NCBI GenBank assembly: GCA_965203175.1
Contig: OZ241867.1
Location: 6,048,001 to 6,112,000, forward strand
From: Candidatus Latescibacterota bacterium
GTDB lineage: Bacteria > Latescibacterota > UBA2968 > UBA8231
Direction: 5' to 3'
Length of the DNA: 64,000 nt
In this document: positions 1 to 7,982 of the stretch, piece by piece
Layout of the letters: every line of letters begins with the position of its first letter
How positions within the stretch are numbered: the stretch's first letter is position 1
Notes under the pieces: model-generated
The model's input: only the letters and a program-made list of their open reading frames with translations
What the model was told of the DNA's origin: nothing
Database searches by the model: none
Position numbers and translations under genes: made by a program

Positions 1-1
1 C

Positions 2-943
2 CGGTTCGTCCTCGATCAGCTCTGGCGTCGTGCTGAACCTATTCGCGAAAGAACACGCGAATGGATCGAGCGCGACCCGGAGTTCTCTCAGGAAGAAAAG
101 GAGATACCTTATGTACGCGTTTTACTCTGTGTAGACCCTTGGCGTCAGCACGTTGCTCGGCTAGGCGCACGGCTTCCTGAAATCAGACGTATTCTGACCA
201 GCCATACAATAGCAGGTATTCCGTCGGTCCCTTTTGATACGGTCTACACCACATCAGGGGGACTCATCGCCCGTCAGCTAAAAGGGAACGATCCTCATAA
301 TTATGTATTGACCTGGAGAATACGACGTGACCTGTCCTGCGACATCGTCCTGCCCCTACCGTTCTACGCACCGAGTGCCCCAAGTGACTTAATCATAGAC
401 CTCGACGGTTATGTCAACGCTCCGCGCTTCATTGATATTCTAAAAAAGCACAAGTACCCCCGACCGCGTATAGCCGATCTGAATTTCCTGATGAACATAC
501 TGACCGGTGTTGTCTCGCAATACCGACGCCTGCTGAAGCTTGCTGATGCAGAGGGGAAATTTTACTTCAAGGCCCGCGTTCTGAATGCTTGGCGGATGGT
601 GCCTTTCGTCGATGTCGAAACAGTGCTGAGTGAGTTCAAAGCGCACGGCCTGCCCATGGTGATGGACAGGACAGTCACCGTACCGTCTGGCCATGATCCT
701 GACTCCTTTGCGTTTATTGACGAGCCGAAAATTGAAGAGAGCGAGTACAAAGAGCTAACAGTCAACATGGCACAGGCAAGCCTTATGATTATACGTATCG
801 CACGGGTATTTGGCGTGCCGATCCTTATCGAAGGTGAAACCGAGGATGACATAGAGATGCTCTTGGATCTTGAGTTGAATGCTGCGGGCGAAAGGGCGAT
901 GACTGTTCAGCAAAATCGAAACAAACGACGCACGGGGGTCTAA
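2..943 (+). CDS. Hypothetical protein, 5'-truncated by the window edge; lower GC than neighbours
   Basis: The frame of ORF 308..943 is open back to base 2 (RFVLDQLWRRAEPIRERTREW...). Its stop TAA directly abuts the next ATG. No family recognised with certainty; it may be the C-terminal part of an AlbA/Schlafen-type ATP-binding protein (recollection only). Confidence 0.65.
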   Translation, partial: RFVLDQLWRRAEPIRERTREWIERDPEFSQEEKEIPYVRVLLCVDPWRQHVARLGARLPEIRRILTSHTIAGIPSVPFDTVYTTSGGLIARQLKGNDPHNYVLTWRIRRDLSCDIVLPLPFYAPSAPSDLIIDLDGYVNAPRFIDILKKHKYPRPRIADLNFLMNILTGVVSQYRRLLKLADAEGKFYFKARVLNAWRMVPFVDVETVLSEFKAHGLPMVMDRTVTVPSGHDPDSFAFIDEPKIEESEYKELTVNMAQASLMIIRIARVFGVPILIEGETEDDIEMLLDLELNAAGERAMTVQQNRNKRRTGV

Positions 944-2623
944 ATGCCCTCCCCCACCGGCATCGACCGCAACCTAACCCACTACGCCGACCCAGGTTTT
1001 AGCCGCTACATACGCCGCGCTTTTCTCGCTTCGGCCGGCTACGACGAGGCGGATTTAGAGCGCCCCGTCGTCGGCATCGCCGATACCTCGTCCGACTACA
1101 CCACCTGCCATCGCGCCATGCCCCAACTCGTAGAAGCCGTCAAACGCGGCGTGCTAGAAGCGGGCGGCCTACCCCTCGTCTTTCCAACTCTTTCCCTCGG
1201 CGAAATCCTCCTCTCCCCCACCGCCATGCTCTACCGCAACCTCATGGCCATGGCGACCGAGGAAATGATCACCGCCCAGCCCATGGACGCGGTCGTGCTG
1301 CTCGGCGGCTGCGACAAAACCCTGCCAGCCCAACTCATGGCCGCAGCGTCCGCGTCCGTGCCCGCCATCCACCTCGTCGCCGGGCCGATGCTAGCCGGAG
1401 ACTGGCGCGGCGAGCGATTGGGCGCATGCACAGATTGCCGCCGCTACTGGGCACAGCACCGAGCCGGTGCGCTCGACGCCGAAGAAATCGCCGCTGTCGA
1501 GCAGAGCCTGTGCCCAACCGCCGGAACCTGCATGGTCATGGGCACGGCCTCAACCATGGCCTGCGTGACCGAAGCCCTCGGGCTAATGCTGCCGGGCGCA
1601 GCCACCCCACCCGCAGTCTCCGGCCAGCGTTCGCGGCTCGGAGTCGCCACAGGTCGCCGGGCCGTAGCCTTAGCCACCAAGGGACGCTCAGCGCGGGACA
1701 TACTAACGCCAGCGGCTTTTGCCAACGCGCTCAAGGTGCTGGCCGCACTGAGCGGCTCGACGAATGCGGTCGTGCATCTGCTCGCCATTGCGCGCCGGGC
1801 AGGCGTGGACTTGTCATTAGACGACTTCCACACAGCGGCCCAACAAGTGCCGCTGCTGGTCGATTGCAAACCAGCGGGCATTGGGTACATGGAGGATTTC
1901 GACAAGGCCGGCGGCGTACCCGTCCTGCTCAAGGCACTGGAGCCAATGCTCGATCTCGATGCAATAGGAGTCAGCGGCCAAACCCTCGGCGCGCTCTTGC
2001 AGAACGTGGCCGCACCCGGCGCGTGGCAAACCGCGATCCGCACCTTGGACGCGCCGCTGGGGCCAGCGTCATCCCTCGTAGTGCTAAAAGGCTCGCTCGC
2101 ACCAGACGGAGCCGTCTTGAAAAAAGCCACCTCGTCCCCGCACCTGCACAAGCACCGAGGGCCAGCCATCGTATTCGAGGGACCAGACGATGCCACGCGC
2201 GTTGACGACCCCGCCTTGGGCATTACGCCAGAGCACGTGCTAGTGCTGCGCGGAGCCGGGCCAGTGGCCCTCGGCATGCCCGAAGCCGGGTCCATGCCCT
2301 TGCCCAAGCACCTCGCCGCGCAAGGCGTCGAAGACATGGTGCGCGTCTCCGATGGGCGGATGAGCGGCACGGCGTATGGAACGGTCGCTTTGCACGTAGC
2401 GCCAGAAGCGGCAGTCGGCGGGCCATTGGCACTCGTCCGCGACGGCGACCTGATCGAATTGGACGTAGAAGCCGGGCGCTTAGATTTACTAGTCCCCGAG
2501 GAAACCCTCGCCCGCCGGCGGGCCGAATGGACCGCACCCGCTGCGCCAACACGCGGGTGGCGGCATTTATACGCCAAGCGCGTATTGCAGGCAAACTTGG
2601 GTGCGGATTTAGATTTTTGCTAA
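944..2623 (+). CDS. Dihydroxy-acid dehydratase family (IlvD/Edd), probably a sugar-acid dehydratase
   Basis: Motifs CHR, GGCDKT, GTC..MGTASTM, GSTNAVVHL, DGRMSGT and HVAPEAAVGGPLALVRDGD. Confidence 0.93.
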   Translation: MPSPTGIDRNLTHYADPGFSRYIRRAFLASAGYDEADLERPVVGIADTSSDYTTCHRAMPQLVEAVKRGVLEAGGLPLVFPTLSLGEILLSPTAMLYRNLMAMATEEMITAQPMDAVVLLGGCDKTLPAQLMAAASASVPAIHLVAGPMLAGDWRGERLGACTDCRRYWAQHRAGALDAEEIAAVEQSLCPTAGTCMVMGTASTMACVTEALGLMLPGAATPPAVSGQRSRLGVATGRRAVALATKGRSARDILTPAAFANALKVLAALSGSTNAVVHLLAIARRAGVDLSLDDFHTAAQQVPLLVDCKPAGIGYMEDFDKAGGVPVLLKALEPMLDLDAIGVSGQTLGALLQNVAAPGAWQTAIRTLDAPLGPASSLVVLKGSLAPDGAVLKKATSSPHLHKHRGPAIVFEGPDDATRVDDPALGITPEHVLVLRGAGPVALGMPEAGSMPLPKHLAAQGVEDMVRVSDGRMSGTAYGTVALHVAPEAAVGGPLALVRDGDLIELDVEAGRLDLLVPEETLARRRAEWTAPAAPTRGWRHLYAKRVLQANLGADLDFC

Positions 2624-2645
2624 GTACACGACAGTAGAGTGGTCT

Positions 2646-2730
2646 GAGATGCTTCGCTTCGCTCAGCATGACAAGTGCTGATGCTCTGCTTCTCAGTGTC
2701 ATGCTGAGCGGAGCGGAGTCGAAGCATCTT
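2646..2730. repeat. REP-like intergenic inverted repeat
   Basis: Left arm AGATGCTTCGCTTCGCTCAGCATGACA (2647-2673) pairs with right arm TGTCATGCTGAGCGGAGCGGAGTCGAAGCATCT (2697-2729). Each arm is also internally semi-palindromic. Confidence 0.75.
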
Positions 2731-2765
2731 ATACCTATTTTGCTAAACAACGCGAGGAGGAATAC

Positions 2766-4112
2766 ATGCTTAGCGCATTGCTCGCCGAGCGCGAGCGGCA
2801 AGGCAAACCCATCCGGGTCGGCATCATCGGCGCGGGAAAATTCGGCGGCGGGTTGGTCGCGCAGATCGCCCAGATGCAGGGCATGGTCGTCTCGGCTATC
2901 GCCGACATCGACCTAGCGCGCACCCGCTACGCATACGAAGCGGGATACGGGGACGTTGCAGTGGAAACGGCAGATAGCCCACAGGCATTGGCAGAGGCCA
3001 TTCACACGAGAAAATTCACCGCCGTTGAAGACGGGCTGTTAGTCGCGCAAGCCGAAGATTTAGACGTGGTGGTAGAGGCGACCGGCTCGACCTCGGTCGG
3101 GGCCAGCATGGCCAGCGCGGCCATCGCCAGCGGCAACCACCTCGTAATGGTCAATGTCGAAACAGACGTGACCATCGGCTCCCTACTCAAGCGCAAAGCC
3201 GATAGCGCGGGCGTGGTGTACTCCCTCGTCGATGGCGATCAACCCGGAGTGACCATGAACGTAATCGAATGGGCGTGGTCCCTCGGCTTGGAGGTAGTAG
3301 CTGCGGGCCGAGGCACCATCCTCTTTGCCGACGATCCCCAAGGCACGCCCGACAACACCGCGGCGCGCTTCGGCTTTGACGAAGAGACCTTGCAGCGGCG
3401 CAACATCAGCCTGAAGATGTACAACTCCTTCCGCGACGGCACCAAAGCCCAAGTCGAGGCCACGGCCATCGCCAACATGGCCGGACTAGTCCCCGACATA
3501 AGGGGCATGCACGAGCCGTCGTGCAACTTGGCCGACATCCCGCAAAAATTCAGCTTGGTCGAAGAAGGGGGGCTGCTAAGCCAGCGCGGCGTCATAGAGC
3601 TAGCCAACAGCGTCGCCGAGGACGGCAAGACCCGGCTCGCCAACCCGCTGGGCATGGGCGTCTTCGTCGTCGTCCGCAGCGAACACCCCTTCACCATAGA
3701 AGACCTCACCACCTACGACCTGCATCCGGGCGGCGACGGCAAAAACTTCCTCCTCTACCGCCCCTATCACTTGGTGGCAGTTGAAGCCCCAATCACCATC
3801 GCCAAAGTCGCACTCTACGGCCTACCAACCGGTGCTCCGCGCTCCGTGCCCACAGCCGATGTAATCGCCGTAGCCAAGCGGGATCTCAAAGCCGGCGAGA
3901 CGCTCGACGGCGGGGGCGGCTACACCGTCTTGGGGCAAAGTGAAAAGGCGACCGTGGCGCGCCAAAAGGGCCTGTTGCCGTTAGGACTGTCGGGCGGAAC
4001 CGTGCTCAAGCAAGACGTGCGGCAAGGCGACGCCATCGGCTACGCCATGGTCAAATTGCCGGATTCGCTCGCACTGCAACTGCGGCGTGAGCAGGACGCC
4101 ATGGGCGAATAA
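2766..4112 (+). CDS. NAD(P)-dependent oxidoreductase with C-terminal SAF domain (homoserine dehydrogenase-like family)
   Basis: Rossmann GIIGAGKFG, NVETDVTIG, DGDQPG, DGTK and the SAF-type AVAKRDLKAGETLDGGGG. RBS GAGGAGG upstream. Confidence 0.88.
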   Translation: MLSALLAERERQGKPIRVGIIGAGKFGGGLVAQIAQMQGMVVSAIADIDLARTRYAYEAGYGDVAVETADSPQALAEAIHTRKFTAVEDGLLVAQAEDLDVVVEATGSTSVGASMASAAIASGNHLVMVNVETDVTIGSLLKRKADSAGVVYSLVDGDQPGVTMNVIEWAWSLGLEVVAAGRGTILFADDPQGTPDNTAARFGFDEETLQRRNISLKMYNSFRDGTKAQVEATAIANMAGLVPDIRGMHEPSCNLADIPQKFSLVEEGGLLSQRGVIELANSVAEDGKTRLANPLGMGVFVVVRSEHPFTIEDLTTYDLHPGGDGKNFLLYRPYHLVAVEAPITIAKVALYGLPTGAPRSVPTADVIAVAKRDLKAGETLDGGGGYTVLGQSEKATVARQKGLLPLGLSGGTVLKQDVRQGDAIGYAMVKLPDSLALQLRREQDAMGE

Positions 4113-4117
4113 ATCAG

Positions 4118-4185
4118 TGATATATTGATGATATTATATGCCTTTTCGATGACTTTTTGGTGATTTTTGCCCAAAAAGCCATAAT
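4118..4185 (+). promoter_or_regulatory. Five tandem 10-11 bp direct repeats (TGAyWTWT-like) followed by a CATAAT -10-like box; putative OmpR/PhoB-type operator
   Basis: Units start at 4118 TGATATATTGA, 4129 TGATATTATA, 4139 TGCCTTTTCGA, 4150 TGACTTTTTGG and 4161 TGATTTTTGCC. They lie upstream of a gene with an OmpR-type wHTH. Confidence 0.5.
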
Positions 4186-4276
4186 AGACCTTGGCTGGGC
4201 CTACCGCGTCCCAAATCCTGTTGTATCATCCAGTCGACGCCCGCGATCCTATATCCCATACCCCTGAGGTGATGAG

Positions 4277-6664
4277 TTGAAAGACGTCGACGAGCGAGAC
4301 CAACAGATAGAGGCGCTGCGCAACCGCCTCTCCAAGCTGAGCGAGGCCAGCCTCCGCATCAACGAAAGCCTCGACCTAGACACAGTATTGCAGGAGATCC
4401 TCGACAGCGCCCGGTCGCTGACCGACGCCCGGTACGGCGTGATCGCTATCTTTGACGATGCAGGGCAGGTGGAGGACTTCTTGGCCTCCGGCCTGACGGC
4501 CGATGAGACCCAGCAGTTACGGGAGGCGACCAAAGAGATGACGTTATGCAAAATTTCGGGACCATGGAGAGTCCGGGACTTTGCCAGCTACACCAGAGTG
4601 CTGGGCATTCCCGAGTTCCGCCTGCCTACGGAGATGAATTCCTTCCTGGTAGCCCCGATTCGCCACCAGGGCGTGGGCGTGGGCAACATTTATCTGGCAA
4701 AGAGGGAACCCGGCCAGGAGTTCACCCGCGAAGACGAGGAAACCTTGGTCATGTTCGCGTCTCAGGCGGCGCTGGTCATAGCCAACGCCCGCAGGTACCG
4801 CGACGAGCAGCGGGCCAGAGCCGACCTCGAAACCCTGATCAATACCTCGCCGGTGGGCGTGGTGGTCTTCGACGCTCGGACCGGCGTGCCGGTGTCCTTC
4901 AATCGGGAGTCCAGAAGGATTATGGGAGAGCTCCAGACACCGGGATCCTCTGTGGAGCAGCTCCTCACCGTACTCACCTTCCGGCGTGCCGATGGGCGCG
5001 AGATCGCTCTGGATGAGTGTTCCCTCGCGCAGGCGTTGAGCGCCGGCGAGACCATCCGCGCCGAGGAGATCGTCGTACAGACCCCCGACGGCCGGTCGGT
5101 GACCACGGTGGTAAACGCCACGCCCATCCGTTCGCAGGACGGCGAGATCGAGTCGGTCGTCGTCACGCTACAGGACACGACACCGCTGGGGGAGTTGGGA
5201 CGGCTGCGGGCCGATCTCCTAGGTACGGTGAGCCACGAACTGCGCGTTCCGCTGACCTCCATTAGAGGTTCCGCCACCGCCCTATTGGACACCTCATCCG
5301 ACCTAGACCCCGCCGAACTGCACCAGTTCCTCCATATTATCGTCAATCAGGTTGACCACATGCGTGAGTTGATCGGCGACCTGCTCGACGTGGCGCGCAT
5401 CGAGACGGGCACGCTGCCAGTTAGTCCCGAACCAGCCGAGGTCGCCACCCTGGTGGACCGGGCTAGGAACACCTTCCTAAGCGGCAGTGGAAGGCACAAC
5501 CTCGACCTCGATCTCGCGCCGGACTTGCCCCTGGTCATGGCGGATCGACAGCGCATCGTCCAAGTCCTAGGCAACCTCCTATCCAACGCAGCAAGGCACT
5601 CGTTAGAGTCGTCTGTCATCCGGGTGACCGCCGCGCGGGAAGACCTGCACGTGGCGGTCTCCGTCGCCGACGAAGGCACTGGGATCCCCGCCGAGCGGTT
5701 GCCGTACCTGTTCAGACAGTTCTCCCGCACCGACGACGAGGACAGGGCACGCGAAACCGGCGGTTCGGGTCTCGGCCTTGCCATCTGCAAGGGGATCGTG
5801 GAGGCGCACGGTGGCCGCATCTGGGCTGCAAGCGACGGCCAAGGCCAAGGGGCGCAATTCACCTTTACCATACCAGTGGCCGAAGATGCCGAAACCAGCT
5901 CAACGGCTCAGTCTCCTCGGCTCGCCGCTCGCTCGCAGCAGGAGGAGAGAGGCAGTGAGCGCATCCTGGTGGTGGACGACGATCCGCAGGCATTGAAGTA
6001 CATCCGGGACGCACTCTCGGGGGCGGGCTTCACGCCGATAGTGACCGCTGACTCCAAGGAAGCGCTCCTCCTCACAGCGGAGAAAAAGCCCCATCTGGTC
6101 TTGCTCGACCTGGTGCTGCCCGACTCCGACGGCATCGACCTGATGAAGGACATCCTCCGCATGGCCGACGTGCCGATTATCTTCGTCTCTGGATACGGCA
6201 GGGACCAAGTTATCGCACAGGCCTTTGAGAAGGGAGCTTCCGACTACATCGTCAAGCCCTTCTCACCGACGGAACTGGTGGCGAGGGTTAGGGCAGCCCT
6301 GCGCAGGCAGGCAGATCCGTACCGGGCCGAGCCGTCGGAACCCTACGTGCTGGGCGACCTGACCATTGACTACGCCGAACGCCGCGTGACGGTGGCCGGC
6401 CAGCCGGTACAGTTGACCGCCACCGAGTACGAACTGCTCTTTGAGCTATCGGTCAACGGCGGACGGGTGTTGACCCATGACCAGTTGTTGCGAGGGGTAT
6501 GGGGCCTGACCAACTCCGGCGATGTGCGAGTGATCCGCTCCCTCGTCAGGAGACTCCGCCGCAAGCTGGACGATGACGCGAGCAACCCCACGTACATCTT
6601 TGCTGAGCCTCGCGTCGGCTACCGAATGCCGAAGGGACAGGAACCGAGAGAAGGGACGGAGTGA
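4277..6664 (+). CDS. Hybrid sensor kinase/response regulator: GAF-PAS-HisKA-HATPase-REC-OmpR wHTH
   Basis: H-box VSHELRVPLTSI, N-box NLLSNAARH, G1 DEGTGI, G2 GSGLGLAI, REC ILVVDDD...LLDL...KPF and the wHTH LTATEYELL...RLRRKL...EPRVGYR. Confidence 0.93.
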   Translation: MKDVDERDQQIEALRNRLSKLSEASLRINESLDLDTVLQEILDSARSLTDARYGVIAIFDDAGQVEDFLASGLTADETQQLREATKEMTLCKISGPWRVRDFASYTRVLGIPEFRLPTEMNSFLVAPIRHQGVGVGNIYLAKREPGQEFTREDEETLVMFASQAALVIANARRYRDEQRARADLETLINTSPVGVVVFDARTGVPVSFNRESRRIMGELQTPGSSVEQLLTVLTFRRADGREIALDECSLAQALSAGETIRAEEIVVQTPDGRSVTTVVNATPIRSQDGEIESVVVTLQDTTPLGELGRLRADLLGTVSHELRVPLTSIRGSATALLDTSSDLDPAELHQFLHIIVNQVDHMRELIGDLLDVARIETGTLPVSPEPAEVATLVDRARNTFLSGSGRHNLDLDLAPDLPLVMADRQRIVQVLGNLLSNAARHSLESSVIRVTAAREDLHVAVSVADEGTGIPAERLPYLFRQFSRTDDEDRARETGGSGLGLAICKGIVEAHGGRIWAASDGQGQGAQFTFTIPVAEDAETSSTAQSPRLAARSQQEERGSERILVVDDDPQALKYIRDALSGAGFTPIVTADSKEALLLTAEKKPHLVLLDLVLPDSDGIDLMKDILRMADVPIIFVSGYGRDQVIAQAFEKGASDYIVKPFSPTELVARVRAALRRQADPYRAEPSEPYVLGDLTIDYAERRVTVAGQPVQLTATEYELLFELSVNGGRVLTHDQLLRGVWGLTNSGDVRVIRSLVRRLRRKLDDDASNPTYIFAEPRVGYRMPKGQEPREGTE

Positions 6665-6817
6665 CTGTGGCACACGTAGGAAGGGCTGTCGTCGCTAGGA
6701 GCCGGTCAAAAAACAAGGCGTGCGGCAAGGTGCAGCCATCGACTACGCCATGGTTGATTTGCCAGATTCGCTCGCGTTGTGTATCTACGGCATGGGTAAG
6801 ACGCCATGTGCGAATAG
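6661..6817 (+). repeat. Degenerate direct-repeat copy of the 3' end of the SAF oxidoreductase gene (3948-4112)
   Basis: CAAGGCGTGCGGCAAGGTGCAGCCATCGACTACGCCATGGTTGATTTGCCAGATTCGCTCGC aligns with CAAGACGTGCGGCAAGGCGACGCCATCGGCTACGCCATGGTCAAATTGCCGGATTCGCTCGC. The ends GACGCCATGTGCGAATAG and GACGCCATGGGCGAATAA also align. Confidence 0.85.
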
Positions 6818-6838
6818 ACTTGAAGTGAAGATTGGAAC

Positions 6839-7171
6839 ATGTCCGAATATCAAGAAGCTAAGGTAGTAATCGTCTCCATCTTGGAACTTTCAAAAGACTC
6901 AATCCATATGCACGTAGGATTGATCGTGTTCTTTTTGGCTGTAGTCCTGTGGAAAAAAGGTTCAATTGAAGCGCGATGTTTGATCCCTGTTGTAATTACA
7001 GCGTCCTTGATGGAAATCCTCGATCTAAGATATGATTATATCTCTCTCGGTTACTTTCGCCTGAAGGCAATAACTGCAAGCATACACGATTTAATCAATA
7101 CTACGTTTTGGCCGGTGGTCATCGTGGTACTTGCTCGGATGGGCAAATTGAATAATGAGCGGAACGCATAA
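6839..7171 (+). CDS. Small hypothetical membrane protein (about 3 TM segments), AT-rich
   Basis: 110 aa with three hydrophobic stretches; GC is clearly lower than in the flanking genes. Confidence 0.7.
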   Translation: MSEYQEAKVVIVSILELSKDSIHMHVGLIVFFLAVVLWKKGSIEARCLIPVVITASLMEILDLRYDYISLGYFRLKAITASIHDLINTTFWPVVIVVLARMGKLNNERNA

Positions 7172-7196
7172 TTGTCTAAAGCTCTCCTATAGGTAC

Positions 7197-7233
7197 AAAA
7201 AAGGGGGAAGGGCCTCGCGCCCTTCCCCTTTTT
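7197..7233. terminator. Bidirectional rho-independent terminator
   Basis: AAAAAA-GGGGGAAGGGC-CTCGC-GCCCTTCCCC-TTTTT between convergent genes. Confidence 0.85.
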
Positions 7234-7249
7234 GCGCGTCTAGATCAGG

Positions 7250-7711
7250 CTAGCCAGCCTTGACTTCGACCTGGCGGACGACCTTTTTCGCCTCCTCCTT
7301 CTTGGGCAGGTGGAGGGAGAGGACGCCGTTTTTGAACTTGGCTTCGATGGCGTCGTCCTGCACGCCATCGGGGAGATGGAAGGCGCGCTCAAAGCGACCG
7401 TAGATGCGCTCCTGGCGGAAGAACTTACCTTCCTTTTCCTCGCTAGCCCCGCTCTTTTCACCCCGCAGCACGAGCGTTCCGTCGTCGACGGAGACCTCGA
7501 TGTCCTTCTCCTCCAACCCCGGCAGCTCAGCCGAGATTTCGTAGGAAGCGTCGTCTTCCTTGACGTCGATGCGCGGGCTGAAAGCCGCGTTGCCAGTCAA
7601 AACGGGCAGACGCGAGTCCTCCCCAAAGAAGGCATCGAAGAGGTTGTCGAACGAGTTGCGCCACGGGCGATTGCTGACGCGGACGCTGGGTAGTAAAGTT
7701 CTGACGGCCAT
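7250..7711 (-). CDS. Hsp20/alpha-crystallin small heat-shock protein
   Basis: PRIDVKE...AELPGL...LRGEK...ERIYGRFERAFHLP...AKFKNGVLSLHLPK. The ATG at 7711 has an AAGGAG RBS. Confidence 0.95.
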   Translation of the reverse strand: MAVRTLLPSVRVSNRPWRNSFDNLFDAFFGEDSRLPVLTGNAAFSPRIDVKEDDASYEISAELPGLEEKDIEVSVDDGTLVLRGEKSGASEEKEGKFFRQERIYGRFERAFHLPDGVQDDAIEAKFKNGVLSLHLPKKEEAKKVVRQVEVKAG

Positions 7712-7764
7712 GATTTTCTCCTTGTTAAGTGATTGTTGGTTCCTATGGCCTTCGCCCATTGTAT

Positions 7765-7781
7765 TGCAAAAGCCGTGCCAA
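7765..7781 (-). promoter_or_regulatory. Sigma54 (-24/-12) promoter of hsp20
   Basis: The minus strand reads TTGGCACGGCTTTTGCA, matching the TGGCACG-N4-TTGC consensus, about 55 nt upstream of the ATG. Confidence 0.8.
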
Positions 7782-7982
7782 CATTTTAAAATTTTACATA
7801 TCTCGTTGTTACCAATAGATTTAAGAATTTTTCGCCTAAAAGGGGTATTGTCCGTATTGTCAGCACAGCCTGGAAAAATTGGCAGGCGTCATGCGAAATT
7901 GTCCGAAGTCTGTGCCGTTATTGCACTATGTCTCTGTGGACGTCCTATATTCGTTAGTTCGCAACCATCGAAAGGAACCATT

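Noticed and set aside
1426-2577. Long alternative-frame and antisense ORFs (here and throughout the window)
   Set aside because: They are Arg/Ala/Pro-rich shadow ORFs expected in GC-rich coding DNA and have no recognisable motifs.
7560-7982. N-terminal extension of the 590-aa M20 ORF
   Set aside because: It overlaps hsp20 and its promoter on the opposite strand. The RBS and homology begin at GTG 7983.
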